A DNA stretch of 64,000 nucleotides, taken from assembly GCA_965237675.1 (NCBI GenBank), contig OZ250150.1, positions 416,001-480,000 on the forward strand, read 5' to 3'. This DNA is from Candidatus Latescibacterota bacterium (lineage in GTDB: Bacteria > Latescibacterota > UBA2968 > GCA-2709665). Made by a program: the position numbers and the translations under genes. A model generated the notes under the pieces. It saw only the letters and a program-made list of their open reading frames with translations, was not told where the DNA came from and made no database searches. This document shows, in pieces, positions 18,714 through 28,323 of the stretch (the stretch's first letter is position 1; every line of letters begins with the position of its first letter).

Positions 18714-19682
18714 ATGAACAGTCAGATGTGGGACCCCGTGCAGGAAGAGGTACGTCGAAAGCTCGGCGCCATCGTCTTCTCGGATCATCCATACCAAATG
18801 GGAGACCAGGACTTTCCATTTCCGGCCCTGACCCTGGAGGAAAGACTCCGGTTCGAGTTGTCCGGCTATACGATCGTGGACGATCTGTTTACCGAAGGTG
18901 AGCTTGGATCGATCGAGGCCGCGGCGAATACGGCCAGGGAAGAAATCCTCGCGTCCCTGGGCGACCGCCCGTTTCACCGCCCGCCTCCCCCGAAGAAATA
19001 CAACGACTTCAAAGAGGGCTCGATCTGGTGGGGGCATCGGACGGTATCGGAGTCGGGCGAACTTTATCTCCACCGCTTGATCATCGAGAGCGTGCTTGGA
19101 CTGGACCCGGCTTTTCTGACCGTCCTGTCGAAGCCTCGCTTACAGGGAATTGCCACTGAATTGCTCGGCGGGACATTCCGATTCCTGTCGCTCGCCGTGC
19201 GCTACAACCGGCGTTCCGACTATCCCGATCTCGGCTGGCATGGCGGCGTTGGCCGGTTCAAGGACCGGGTGGCTTACAAGAACGGCTGGTTCCACACGCC
19301 CATTCTCGGGATGATCCTCTTCCTCACGGACATCGGGCCGGAAGACGGCGGAACGGGGTTCTTCGCCGGAAGCCACCATCTGGACCTGCCCTACGATACA
19401 ATGAAACAGTACATAACGGACTGTCCGGATTCGGAATTTTTCCACCAGGTCGAGGGCAGGCGCGGTTCGACGCTTTTTTTTGCCGATGGTCCCCTGATGC
19501 ACCGGACCATCCCGATTCAAAGCGATAGGGAACGCCTCATCATGCTCTCGCGCCTGGTCCATTCGGACTATGAAATCGGTCAGACGGAGCCGACCGGCAG
19601 CGTTGAGCACGTGCCATCCGATCTCATGCCGATGTTCTACGGACGCGCCTTCATGCCGAGGTATCGACCCGCCGGGCGATAG
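18714..19682 (+). CDS. PhyH-family Fe/2OG oxygenase with HxG motif (paralogue of 11606-12559)
   Basis: RBS AAGGAG; FPFPALTLEERLRFELSGY, LGWHGG, GGTGFFAGSH, DGPLMHRT, ERLIMLSRLVHSDYE. Confidence 0.8.
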   Translation: MNSQMWDPVQEEVRRKLGAIVFSDHPYQMGDQDFPFPALTLEERLRFELSGYTIVDDLFTEGELGSIEAAANTAREEILASLGDRPFHRPPPPKKYNDFKEGSIWWGHRTVSESGELYLHRLIIESVLGLDPAFLTVLSKPRLQGIATELLGGTFRFLSLAVRYNRRSDYPDLGWHGGVGRFKDRVAYKNGWFHTPILGMILFLTDIGPEDGGTGFFAGSHHLDLPYDTMKQYITDCPDSEFFHQVEGRRGSTLFFADGPLMHRTIPIQSDRERLIMLSRLVHSDYEIGQTEPTGSVEHVPSDLMPMFYGRAFMPRYRPAGR

Positions 19683-19818
19683 TTTCGATTGCGGCAGATA
19701 AAACCGGCTTTCCGGCGTGGTTTGCGGTCGGACCGCCGTTCCCTGCGTACCAAACCGCACAGGACTCGAGAACGTAGCGTCGAGGCATTTCACCCGATCC
19801 GGGTTACGGGGAAGATGG

Positions 19819-21834
19819 ATGAAACGGACGATTCGCAGGACAGCGTTGTTGAATCTGGAGAAGGTGAGTTATTCGCGCGACCACGTGGCGCGGGTCAGCC
19901 GAGAGGGGTTTACGGATATCGGCGTATCCCTGAAGACAGGCGTAAGAAAATTCACCGGCCAGGGATTCGACTCGGAACAGGTGTGTCAATTTGGCGCGTG
20001 GGCCGAGGAATTCGGCCTGGGGATGACCGTTTTCACCGGATATATGAAGTACCGGGAGACTTTCCTGCGGGACCATCCGGAACGGGCTATGGTGTGCGTC
20101 GGCGGCTCGGGGACCTCCCTGGACAGCGACAACCTCGTGCGAACGAAGTGGCTGTGCCCGTTTCAGCCGGAGAACAAGGCGGAATACCTCGATCTCTTGA
20201 GGAAAGTAATCGGGCTGCCGGCACTGCGGGAGATCCATCTGAACGACGAGGCCGCCATCGGATTCGCGAACGGCGACATCGGTTGCTACTGCGACTATTG
20301 CGTTTCTGAATACCAACGGAAATACGGGACACCGCCCCCTGCCGACTTCGACTGGGAATCGGAGGCGTGGTGGGCGTGGGTACAGCGCAGAATGGCGCGG
20401 TGGACCGAGGTCCATGCCTGGTTCCGCGCGCAAATCAAAAAAGAGCGCCCCGACGTCATGGTTGGCATTCAATATTCGCCGGTGGTCGTGTCCTTTAACG
20501 ACAATATCTGGCGTGCGGGGATCGATCTCTCGCAGGACGCCTTGGCTCAGGACGTGCTGTGTACGGATCCCTATCACCATAACCATACTTCGCATTTCAC
20601 CTACCGGCCCGCGCGTAGGATCCTGACCGAGGCGACCCGGACACTCGCCGGCGCCACGGTCGGGCGTTCGATGAATATATATCCGCAGGCATTCAGACCG
20701 CCCCTGGGCGGTCCGGAACTGACCCGCCGCGACGGATTCATGGCCGGCGCCGTTCCCTACGCGCTCGGCGCGGACAATATCACGCCGTATTCCAATGATC
20801 TGGCCCGTATCATTCCCGGTTTTCTGGACGGGTTCCACGAGGCGGGGAAACTCATTCCCTATTTCGAGAAGACAAAACCCTATGCGTACGCCACCGTAGT
20901 CAACCCCACTCAGACGGAAATATACGGGAATCCGGAAACCGGTTGGGGCCGGAAAGCGCTGGCGATCTGGCCCGACGTCATGAACCAGGTCGGGATTCCG
21001 TGGCGCTGGGTTTTCGACGGTCGCCTCGCGGACGCCGGGGAGGCGCTGCAAGGGCCGTCGATCCTGCCGGATACACACTGCCTGACCGGCGAGCAAAGGG
21101 CGGTACTGCAGGCGCGTGCCGGATCGGGCGCCGGCCTGCTTTGGGTGGGAAGGACACCGCGCACGGATTGGCCTGGAAATGGACCCTGTCCGCCGCCGGA
21201 AGGCGAAACCACCGACAGCGCGGAGATGCGGCCCGTCCAACGGGAACACCCCTTTCTGGAGGGCATTTCACTTCCTGTAATGCTGCAGTCGGCGTATTCC
21301 GAGCCGGGCATCGCTGGGGAGACGGTCGGTGAAGTCGACGGGAAGCCGGCACTGGTCGTGAACGAGGAAAACGGCGGGCGGCAGGTCTGGCTGGCGGGGG
21401 TTCCGGAGTTCAGCTACGTGACCCCCGGAGACCACGGTGGTGTCCGGACGCCCACGGACGGGATACCGCTTCTGCGGAATATTCTGAAATGGCTGGCGAA
21501 AGATGAGCCGGTTGCCCGCCTCTGGCCCTATCCGCCGGAGAACGCGTACCGGGACCTGCGGCCGTGGGACCGCCGCGACGTGCCGACCATGGAATTGTTT
21601 CCGATGATCGGCGACGGCTGCCTGGTCTGTCTGATCTTCAACTACGTGGGACTGGAGTACCGGACGAATCTGGTGATGCGTGCGCCGGAAGGCGCGGAAA
21701 TCGCGTCGCTGACTGACGTCTTCACGGGAACCGACGAACTTCCCGCCTCACACGTTCGCGGGCGGGAGGTTGTGATGCCCGTCAGGATGTCGAATCAGAC
21801 CGATTTTCTGGCGGTGGAAATGACGTGGCGATAG
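19819..21834 (+). CDS. Putative glycoside hydrolase (GH42-like TIM barrel plus trimerisation-type domain)
   Basis: HPE..WLCP, LNDEA, CYCDYC..YQRKYG, DVLCTDPY, ILPDTHCLT motifs. Confidence 0.55.
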   Translation: MKRTIRRTALLNLEKVSYSRDHVARVSREGFTDIGVSLKTGVRKFTGQGFDSEQVCQFGAWAEEFGLGMTVFTGYMKYRETFLRDHPERAMVCVGGSGTSLDSDNLVRTKWLCPFQPENKAEYLDLLRKVIGLPALREIHLNDEAAIGFANGDIGCYCDYCVSEYQRKYGTPPPADFDWESEAWWAWVQRRMARWTEVHAWFRAQIKKERPDVMVGIQYSPVVVSFNDNIWRAGIDLSQDALAQDVLCTDPYHHNHTSHFTYRPARRILTEATRTLAGATVGRSMNIYPQAFRPPLGGPELTRRDGFMAGAVPYALGADNITPYSNDLARIIPGFLDGFHEAGKLIPYFEKTKPYAYATVVNPTQTEIYGNPETGWGRKALAIWPDVMNQVGIPWRWVFDGRLADAGEALQGPSILPDTHCLTGEQRAVLQARAGSGAGLLWVGRTPRTDWPGNGPCPPPEGETTDSAEMRPVQREHPFLEGISLPVMLQSAYSEPGIAGETVGEVDGKPALVVNEENGGRQVWLAGVPEFSYVTPGDHGGVRTPTDGIPLLRNILKWLAKDEPVARLWPYPPENAYRDLRPWDRRDVPTMELFPMIGDGCLVCLIFNYVGLEYRTNLVMRAPEGAEIASLTDVFTGTDELPASHVRGREVVMPVRMSNQTDFLAVEMTWR

Positions 21835-21920
21835 CATCCCGGGCTCGCGAAGCGCAGCGAGGATTGCCCGCGGCGCCACGAGGTAATTTGCAGCGTATTT
21901 TTTAACGGGGACGCGGTTTA

Positions 21921-23024
21921 GTGATCGAGGTCGTTGACAGTGGCATCCTTTCCCGGCAGCCGGGACGCGGGGCGTACATGCCGACCATCACCCCGCTGTC
22001 TGACGGGAGCATGATCGCCTGCCAGCACATGGGCGCGGAACTGGGTTCCCAGGACAACCATATCGAAGTCCTTCGCTCCAACGACGGGGCCGCGACATGG
22101 GTGAACGAGGGCAGCATCCACGGTGGCGGACCCCCGGATGATGGATGGACCTACAGGAGTCCCCACGTCAGCGAAGCGCCCGGCAACCGGCTGGTGATGA
22201 CCGCGACGCGTTTCGAAATGCGGTCCGGCAAGCTGTTCGATCCGAACTCGGAGGTGCTGCAGCGACCGGAGATGCTGCTGTTCTGGTCGGATGACGCGGG
22301 GCGCACCTGGTCGGCGCCCCAGGTCGTCCACGTGGACCTGCCTCCCGAGAAATACACGTGCAATGGCGCCGGCGTGCTTCTTCAGCTCGCTCCCGACCGG
22401 TGGATGTATCCCCTGGAGACCTGGAAGCCGGAGGGGTACGCGGGGCCGCCCGACCAGAAGGCGGCGGCGGTGTTTTCGGCGGACCAGGGGCGAAGCTGGG
22501 GGGCGTTTACCGTTGTGGCCGACGACCCTTCGGGGGCATTGCTCTGGTGGGACCAGATGTGTGCGGTGCTGCCGGACGGCAGAATCTATACGATGCTCTG
22601 GACGCACCGTTACGGGACCTCGGAGGACCTGCACAACCACTGGACCGTCTCCGAAGACGGCGGGCGGACGTGGTCGGCGCCACGGCCCACCAACCTGCGC
22701 GGGCAGGTCTGCGCCCCCATCGCCCTGGCCGACGGACGGGTGGCCGCCATCTACAACTTCCGGCACGATCCACAGGGTATCCGCGTGGCCCTCAGCGACG
22801 ACCTGGAAAGTTTCGACCTTTGCAGCGAGGTCGTGGTGTTCGACGCGGGGGCCGAGGCAACCCTCGGAGAGCCGGAGACGGACAATTTTCTGGCCGAACA
22901 TATGCAGATCGCTTTCGGCAAGCCGGGCGGAATCCGCCTCGCCGACGGGGATCTGATGACGTATTTCTGGTGTACGGTCGGAGGCGTCACCCACACGCGC
23001 TGGGCACGGCTCCGGGTGAACTAG
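21921..23024 (+). CDS. Sialidase-like (BNR/Asp-box) beta-propeller protein
   Basis: Asp boxes SNDGAATW, SDDAGRTW, SADQGRSW, SEDGGRTW. Confidence 0.82.
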   Translation: MIEVVDSGILSRQPGRGAYMPTITPLSDGSMIACQHMGAELGSQDNHIEVLRSNDGAATWVNEGSIHGGGPPDDGWTYRSPHVSEAPGNRLVMTATRFEMRSGKLFDPNSEVLQRPEMLLFWSDDAGRTWSAPQVVHVDLPPEKYTCNGAGVLLQLAPDRWMYPLETWKPEGYAGPPDQKAAAVFSADQGRSWGAFTVVADDPSGALLWWDQMCAVLPDGRIYTMLWTHRYGTSEDLHNHWTVSEDGGRTWSAPRPTNLRGQVCAPIALADGRVAAIYNFRHDPQGIRVALSDDLESFDLCSEVVVFDAGAEATLGEPETDNFLAEHMQIAFGKPGGIRLADGDLMTYFWCTVGGVTHTRWARLRVN

Positions 23025-24891
23025 ACCTTAAATAAGCGAGTATTGTTGTTTGCTGAACAGAAAGGCCAATTTGTGTTGCGGTTTGGTTGATAGAAGTATC
23101 GGTGCCGCCTAATGGGGTCGACGGGAGGTCGTTCTGCGGTTTGTTGCGTGTATGTATGAGTCGTAAAGCGACCCATTATTTGTGGGGTGGGCGTATTTGT
23201 CCGTTGCGTCGCGGTAGGCGTCGTGGGTCTGGTGGTCTATGGTCACGGTCCGTACCGGTGTCAGGTGAAGCCGGTGCGTTCGATGGTGGCCCAGGCGCTC
23301 AAGAGTCTATTCAGTGACGGCTGATAGCCGATGATGCGCACGGTGGTGCTTCGTGCGTGTCTCACGACACGACAGGGAAACAGGATGATGTGTGAGAGGA
23401 AGGTCCGAAAGTCCATACGGATATAGTGTCGGCGATGGTTTTTTCGATGCATCATCAAGGCAAACCACGACTTGATGTTCCAGGCCAGCGCGGCGATGAC
23501 CATGTAGGCCCAGTTGCTGATCAAGTCATACAAGGGCACGCGCAGGGCATTGACGCCGTTCTTGAGCTGTTCGATGACGTTTTCCTGGTCGCATCGTTTG
23601 TTGGCAGCAAAGACGACCTCGGCGGGGGTCAGGTCGTCGCGCGTGGTGATGTAGAAGAAATAGCGGATTTCGTCGAAGAGGGTCTGCTCACCTTTGGCCT
23701 TACTGATGTTTTTTCGCAGCGCCACAACGCGGTAGGACCGTTCGCACTTGCCGGGCTGATAGTCAAACTCAGCCACGTCTTCGAAGTTCAGCGCCAGCTT
23801 GAGGTAGCCCCGCGCCTTGACGATACGCTGCTTCTCATTGTCGCGCCGCCGCCTTTTCTGGGGTGCTACAGGTCGGTGCAGGCGCTGCCAGTTGGCTTCG
23901 TCAAGGGCCTCGGCGCGTGTTCGTAAGGCGTCATTGCAGTCCATCCCGAAGATGAAATCGACGTCCTTCGCCCAGCGATCGAGGTGAGCCGTAAGCGAAA
24001 AGTCCGTGTCGCCGCGTAGGCACACGCGCCCCGCGTGGGGCTTCACCACCCGGATGGACGCATCGATCCAGGGGGCGGCCCCCTGGTGAGAAGACGCGTT
24101 GCCCGGACGGTTGACGATATACAGCACCTCTTTGGTATTGGCCAACGATACGATCAGGGGCGCATACCCCCACACGCCCTTGTAGGAGATGTCCATGCCG
24201 CCCTTCTTCTCCCCATACGTTGGGGCGCTTGTGCCATCCACGTCGATGTACGCCACCGGAGAAAGCAAACTGGCAGCCCGCGTGCGCCACAACTTAGACC
24301 GTACCGCGTTAATGCAGTCCATCAGCCCGATCACGTCCGCTTCCGTGAAGCGACGCGTAAAGTCGCCCGCAGTCGTCGGGTCCGGGATCAGCTTCGCGCT
24401 CAAGGCATTCATGTAGGCCCCGTCATGCCGCAAACGCTCGATGTCTTCCAGACGCGTGCCGCCGCACATCACGTTGTAGGCAAGGTTCAACACGTGATCC
24501 GACTCATGATACGGCAGATGCACCTTCAGCAACTTCAACGTCGCGTCGATGCCTTCGACCAAGCCCAACTTCGTCACCAGACGATGCACGGCCGCTATGC
24601 CACCGTAACTCATCCCTTCCGGCTGGGCGCTGACCTCGTAATGCACATAGGTGCTGCCAAACATTGGCTTGCCTTGCGCACAAAAACGACCGCCAAGCTG
24701 ATGCCGAGTACGTACCTTGCGCCCACAATTAACACTGTTCCTGCGGCTTTCTTTTACCGATATTCTTTTCACCGGAAAGGCCTCCTTCGTTGGAGTAGCA
24801 ATTTCTCGTCGGATACTGCTATCTTCAACAAAGATAAGTCTTTCCGGTGCTTTTGTACATAAAAATCTCAAAAAACCCGCTTAATTAGAGA
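23025..24891 (-). mobile_element. IS1380-family insertion sequence
   Basis: Imperfect terminal IRs (ACCTTAAATAAGCGAGT / ACCCGCTTAATTAGAGA); CTAG on both sides (23021-24, 24892-95); single transposase ORF. Confidence 0.8.
23261..24772 (-). CDS. IS1380-family DDE transposase
   Basis: YHESDHVL, IPDPTTAGDF.RRF, IDVDGT, LRGDTDF, QENVIEQLK; GTG start after AAGGAGG. Confidence 0.92.
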   Translation of the reverse strand: MKRISVKESRRNSVNCGRKVRTRHQLGGRFCAQGKPMFGSTYVHYEVSAQPEGMSYGGIAAVHRLVTKLGLVEGIDATLKLLKVHLPYHESDHVLNLAYNVMCGGTRLEDIERLRHDGAYMNALSAKLIPDPTTAGDFTRRFTEADVIGLMDCINAVRSKLWRTRAASLLSPVAYIDVDGTSAPTYGEKKGGMDISYKGVWGYAPLIVSLANTKEVLYIVNRPGNASSHQGAAPWIDASIRVVKPHAGRVCLRGDTDFSLTAHLDRWAKDVDFIFGMDCNDALRTRAEALDEANWQRLHRPVAPQKRRRRDNEKQRIVKARGYLKLALNFEDVAEFDYQPGKCERSYRVVALRKNISKAKGEQTLFDEIRYFFYITTRDDLTPAEVVFAANKRCDQENVIEQLKNGVNALRVPLYDLISNWAYMVIAALAWNIKSWFALMMHRKNHRRHYIRMDFRTFLSHIILFPCRVVRHARSTTVRIIGYQPSLNRLLSAWATIERTGFT

Positions 24892-25005
24892 CTAGAGACA
24901 GACATATCACGTATATGGCACACTTCCCCCATGGCTTGTATGTCGCGGGGAGCATTTTAAAGTTTACATCATTATCCTCTGTAGTCCCGTTCTTGCCGAA
25001 ACGTG

Positions 25006-25077
25006 GTCATTGAGCTTGTCGAAATGCCCGCGTTTCGCTACCCTTCGCCGACCCTTCGACAAGCTCAGGGAGCGGCT
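25006..25077. repeat. REP-like hairpin, second copy of the 11396-11477 block
   Basis: GTCATTGAGCTTGTCGAA...CCCTTCGACAAGCTCAGGGAGCGGCT. Confidence 0.7.
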
Positions 25078-25156
25078 TGGGAAGCGGCTCGGGATCCTGG
25101 CAATAATTCCACGCGAAATCCGCGCTTGAGACAACTGGATAAGGGAGATTGAGAAT

Positions 25157-26236
25157 ATGGATGGCGCAGATCAGGCTGATACCCGTGTGGCTGCCGACGT
25201 GCTGGAAACATTCGTGCGCGATCTGTTTCTGGCTGCCGGCGTGCCCGGCGGGGATGCGGAAACGATTGCCCGAGCGATTCTCAGCCAGGAAATCCGCGGC
25301 AATACAACCCACGGGCTCCGGCTTGTCCATTTCAATCTGCGGGGGCTGGACGATGGGACGATCCGCGCCAATCCGGATCAGCCGGTCCTGAGCGATCGGG
25401 GCATGACCGCGGTCATCGAGGGAGACCACGGCGTTGGCATTGTCGGTTGCATGAAAGGGATGCGGCTTGCGATCCGGAAGGCCCGGGAGGGCGGCATCGG
25501 CGTCGCTCTGATCGTACGTAACAACCATTTTCTCGCTGCCGTTCCATATTGCCTGGAAGCGGCCAACGCCGGCATGATCGGCATTGCGTTCTCGAACACC
25601 AAGGGTTCCATGGGATATCCCGGCGCACGCGGCTCGGTGATCGGCAATACGCCGATGGGGTTCGGCATACCGACCGCCGGAGGTTTTCCGATCCTGTTCG
25701 ACGCATGCATGACCGCCTCCGGGGGCAGGATGAGGCAGTGGATTCGAGAGGGCAGGCGCATTCCGCGGGATATACGAGGGTTTGACCGGGATGGCAGGCC
25801 CACCGACGATCCGCAAGCCGTAATCGGCGGTGGTACGACGCTGCCCATTGGCGTCCACAAGGGCGCGGGTCTGGCCATTCTCGTGGAGGTGCTGACGGGC
25901 GTGCTGGGCGGCGCCGCTTTTCTGAGTGATATCACGCCCCGTGATCAGTCGGACAGAACGGACAAGACCCATGCGGTCAGCCACTGTTGCATCGCCATCG
26001 ACGTCGGGTCATTCATGCCCGTGGCGGAGTTCGAAGCGCGGATGGCAGACTTCATTGCCGATATCAAGGACAGTCCCCTGGACGGTGAGTCCGATGAGAT
26101 CCGATTGCCCGGGGAACGAATGGAGCGAACCCGGCGGGAATGCGAGATCCTCGGTATCCCCCTGGAACCGGATGTGCAGGACGAACTGGAGGTGTGGGCG
26201 AAGAGGCTGGGTGTGCGTTTCCCCGATCCACTGTAG
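25157..26236 (+). CDS. Ldh_2-family (malate/L-lactate/sulfolactate/ureidoglycolate) dehydrogenase
   Basis: RGNTTHGL, IEGDHGVG, RNNHF, IGNTPMGFGIP, LPIGVHKGAGLA, IRLPGE. Confidence 0.9.
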   Translation: MDGADQADTRVAADVLETFVRDLFLAAGVPGGDAETIARAILSQEIRGNTTHGLRLVHFNLRGLDDGTIRANPDQPVLSDRGMTAVIEGDHGVGIVGCMKGMRLAIRKAREGGIGVALIVRNNHFLAAVPYCLEAANAGMIGIAFSNTKGSMGYPGARGSVIGNTPMGFGIPTAGGFPILFDACMTASGGRMRQWIREGRRIPRDIRGFDRDGRPTDDPQAVIGGGTTLPIGVHKGAGLAILVEVLTGVLGGAAFLSDITPRDQSDRTDKTHAVSHCCIAIDVGSFMPVAEFEARMADFIADIKDSPLDGESDEIRLPGERMERTRRECEILGIPLEPDVQDELEVWAKRLGVRFPDPL

Positions 26237-26263
26237 CACGCCGTCGCCACGATGCGAGGGGAT

Positions 26264-26761
26264 ATGGACGACAGATACCGGATTCGCGGCGCAACCGAAG
26301 ATGATCTGGACCGGATAGGGGAAATCATCCGCCAGGCGTGGGAGCCGATTTTCGGGCTGCACGAAGAGAAATGGGGCGAGGAACTGTTCGACGTCCTCTA
26401 TGCGAACTGGCCCGAGAACATCAAGGCCAGCGTGGGACGCCACCTGACGGAACACCCGGACTGGGCGTTCGTCGTGGCGTCGCGCGAGACCGGCGAGGTG
26501 GTTGCGTTCATCACCTATCTGCTGGATACGAAGAAGGGGATTGGAATCGTCGGCCTCAACGCCGTGGCAGCCGGGTTGCAGGGGCAGGGAATCGGGACGA
26601 AGATGTACGACTTCGTCATGAATCGGTTCCGGGAGGCAGGGCTTAAATACGCCCAGGTCCGAACGGGATTGAACGACGCGCAGACCGGCGCCCGGAGGGC
26701 CTACGAGAAGGCAGGGTTCAACATCGAGCGCAAAGAGGTCACGTATTACGCGTATTTGTAG
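26264..26761 (+). CDS. GNAT-family N-acetyltransferase
   Basis: IRGATEDD, AVAAGLQGQGIG, ARRAYEKAGF. Confidence 0.88.
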   Translation: MDDRYRIRGATEDDLDRIGEIIRQAWEPIFGLHEEKWGEELFDVLYANWPENIKASVGRHLTEHPDWAFVVASRETGEVVAFITYLLDTKKGIGIVGLNAVAAGLQGQGIGTKMYDFVMNRFREAGLKYAQVRTGLNDAQTGARRAYEKAGFNIERKEVTYYAYL

Positions 26762-26787
26762 AACGCCGACCGAACGGGAACCAGCAT
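26746..26787 (-). pseudogene. 5' stub of YafQ-like toxin
   Basis: ATG 1 nt after the antitoxin stop reads MLVPVRSAF (YafQ-like start), then runs into the convergent GNAT gene and stops after 13 codons. Confidence 0.55.
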
Positions 26788-26788
26788 G

Positions 26789-27046
26789 TCAGATGCCGAG
26801 ATCCCGGAACAATTCGTCGGCGCTGCCGAATCGCTTGCCCTTACCCTCCTCCAGTTGCGCCATCGCTTTGACGGTAGTGGGATTGGGGACCTGCACGGCG
26901 AACGGCAGCCGCTTTTCTTCGGCTACTCGCAGCAGAAGCAGGCGAATCGCATCTGATACGGATAGTCCCATCGCATGAAGCGCCTCGGTAGCCCGGGCCT
27001 TTGTATCGCTGTCGATCCGGGCGCGTACGACGGTATCGTTGCCCAT
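26789..27046 (-). CDS. dinJ: RelB/DinJ-family antitoxin
   Basis: VVRARID..K..A..AL..MGLSVSDAIRLLL.RVAEEKRLPF.V.VPN.TT..AM. Confidence 0.88.
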   Translation of the reverse strand: MGNDTVVRARIDSDTKARATEALHAMGLSVSDAIRLLLLRVAEEKRLPFAVQVPNPTTVKAMAQLEEGKGKRFGSADELFRDLGI

Positions 27047-27065
27047 TTTTTCAACCTCCGGAAAT

Positions 27066-27103
27066 TTGTAGTTACAATGTAGCTACAATGACATAAATTG
27101 TCA
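27066..27103 (-). promoter_or_regulatory. dinJ promoter and tandem operator
   Basis: Minus strand TTGACA-17bp-TACATT; two TGTAGYTACA palindromic boxes (27067-27087). Confidence 0.7.
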
Positions 27104-27122
27104 AGGAAGAATCCTGTCAGCA

Positions 27123-28223
27123 TTGACTCAGAGCACTCGTAGAAAGGGGACGGTTTTGGAAAAGTACACATTTCGTGGAGGCCCCGCCGAAGCGGGACGG
27201 GCACAGGGTGCGCTCAATCCCGAATATGCCCAGCGGGAGTTGGCGCGAAGGTTGAAACAGCCCCAGAACTTCGAGGAGCGCTACTTCCGTGAGAACATGT
27301 CCTTCATGCGGCGGGAATTCCCGGAACTGGTCGCGCAGATGGAGGCGTACGGCGAGGCGGCTGGGATTGAAAGCTTCGATCATACGTATCTGCTGCATGT
27401 GTACTTTACCGCCGCCGACCTGGACGGATGCTCGGCGTTCGGTATGATGCTTAAGGACGACGGTCCGGCAATGCTGAGGACCTACGATACGAGTTCGGTC
27501 AGCAGGGTTGAAGATTTCGTGAAGGATAAAATCCTGATGCGCCTTCCGGACAGCAGGCCGCGCGGGCTGGTCGGCATCGGAGAACGATTCGGTACTACAG
27601 TCGGCACGGCGATCAACGACGCGGGGTTGCTGGTGGGCAGTGCCTCGGGCCACCGGAAGTTCAACCCCGGCGTCAACCCGGAACACGTCAATCTCTATTT
27701 CACTGCTCACCTGCTCGCCCAGTATTGCTCCGACTGCGACGACGTGCGGCACTTCCTCCGTCAGTACCGGATCTCGGGCATCAAGGGACTCACGGGAGCG
27801 GCCGTTGACGCGTCGGGCGATATGGTCGGGTTCGAACTGGAATCGGAGAATATTGCCCTTAGGGAACCTGAAAACGGGATGGTTGTCGAGACCAACCACT
27901 GGCAGGACCCGGACCTTCAGCGTCCGTCCCGCGAGGCGAATCCGGACTGGTGGGCGAGCACCTCGTATTACAACTCCCAGAACCGGATCCAGTACATAGC
28001 CTGTCACCGGGAACCGTTCCGAACGATGCGCACCGTGGATGAACTGGTGGATTTCTCGTTCGACGTGCACGCGCCGGGAAGGCTCCTGCAAGCGCCGGAA
28101 ACCAATATCGGAAACTGGTTCACGACTCACGGGATCTTTATGACGTCGAGAGACCGGAAGCTGCGCGTCCACCGGTATCCGCTGGACAAGGAACAATTCA
28201 CTGAAGTGGCGTACGCCCAGTAA
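27123..28223 (+). CDS. Peptidase C45-family autoproteolytic Ntn acyltransferase/hydrolase
   Basis: PELVAQMEAYGEAAG, DG|CSAFG nucleophile, INDAGL, VETNHW; start uncertain. Confidence 0.8.
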   Translation: MTQSTRRKGTVLEKYTFRGGPAEAGRAQGALNPEYAQRELARRLKQPQNFEERYFRENMSFMRREFPELVAQMEAYGEAAGIESFDHTYLLHVYFTAADLDGCSAFGMMLKDDGPAMLRTYDTSSVSRVEDFVKDKILMRLPDSRPRGLVGIGERFGTTVGTAINDAGLLVGSASGHRKFNPGVNPEHVNLYFTAHLLAQYCSDCDDVRHFLRQYRISGIKGLTGAAVDASGDMVGFELESENIALREPENGMVVETNHWQDPDLQRPSREANPDWWASTSYYNSQNRIQYIACHREPFRTMRTVDELVDFSFDVHAPGRLLQAPETNIGNWFTTHGIFMTSRDRKLRVHRYPLDKEQFTEVAYAQ

Positions 28224-28323
28224 AAAGGGTGTAAGGCACTCAATAGAAGCACTCGTCACGTTTGGTTGCGGCCTGCTGGTTCGATTGGTAAACAGACGTG
28301 GCGAACCGGGAGGAAAAACGAAT

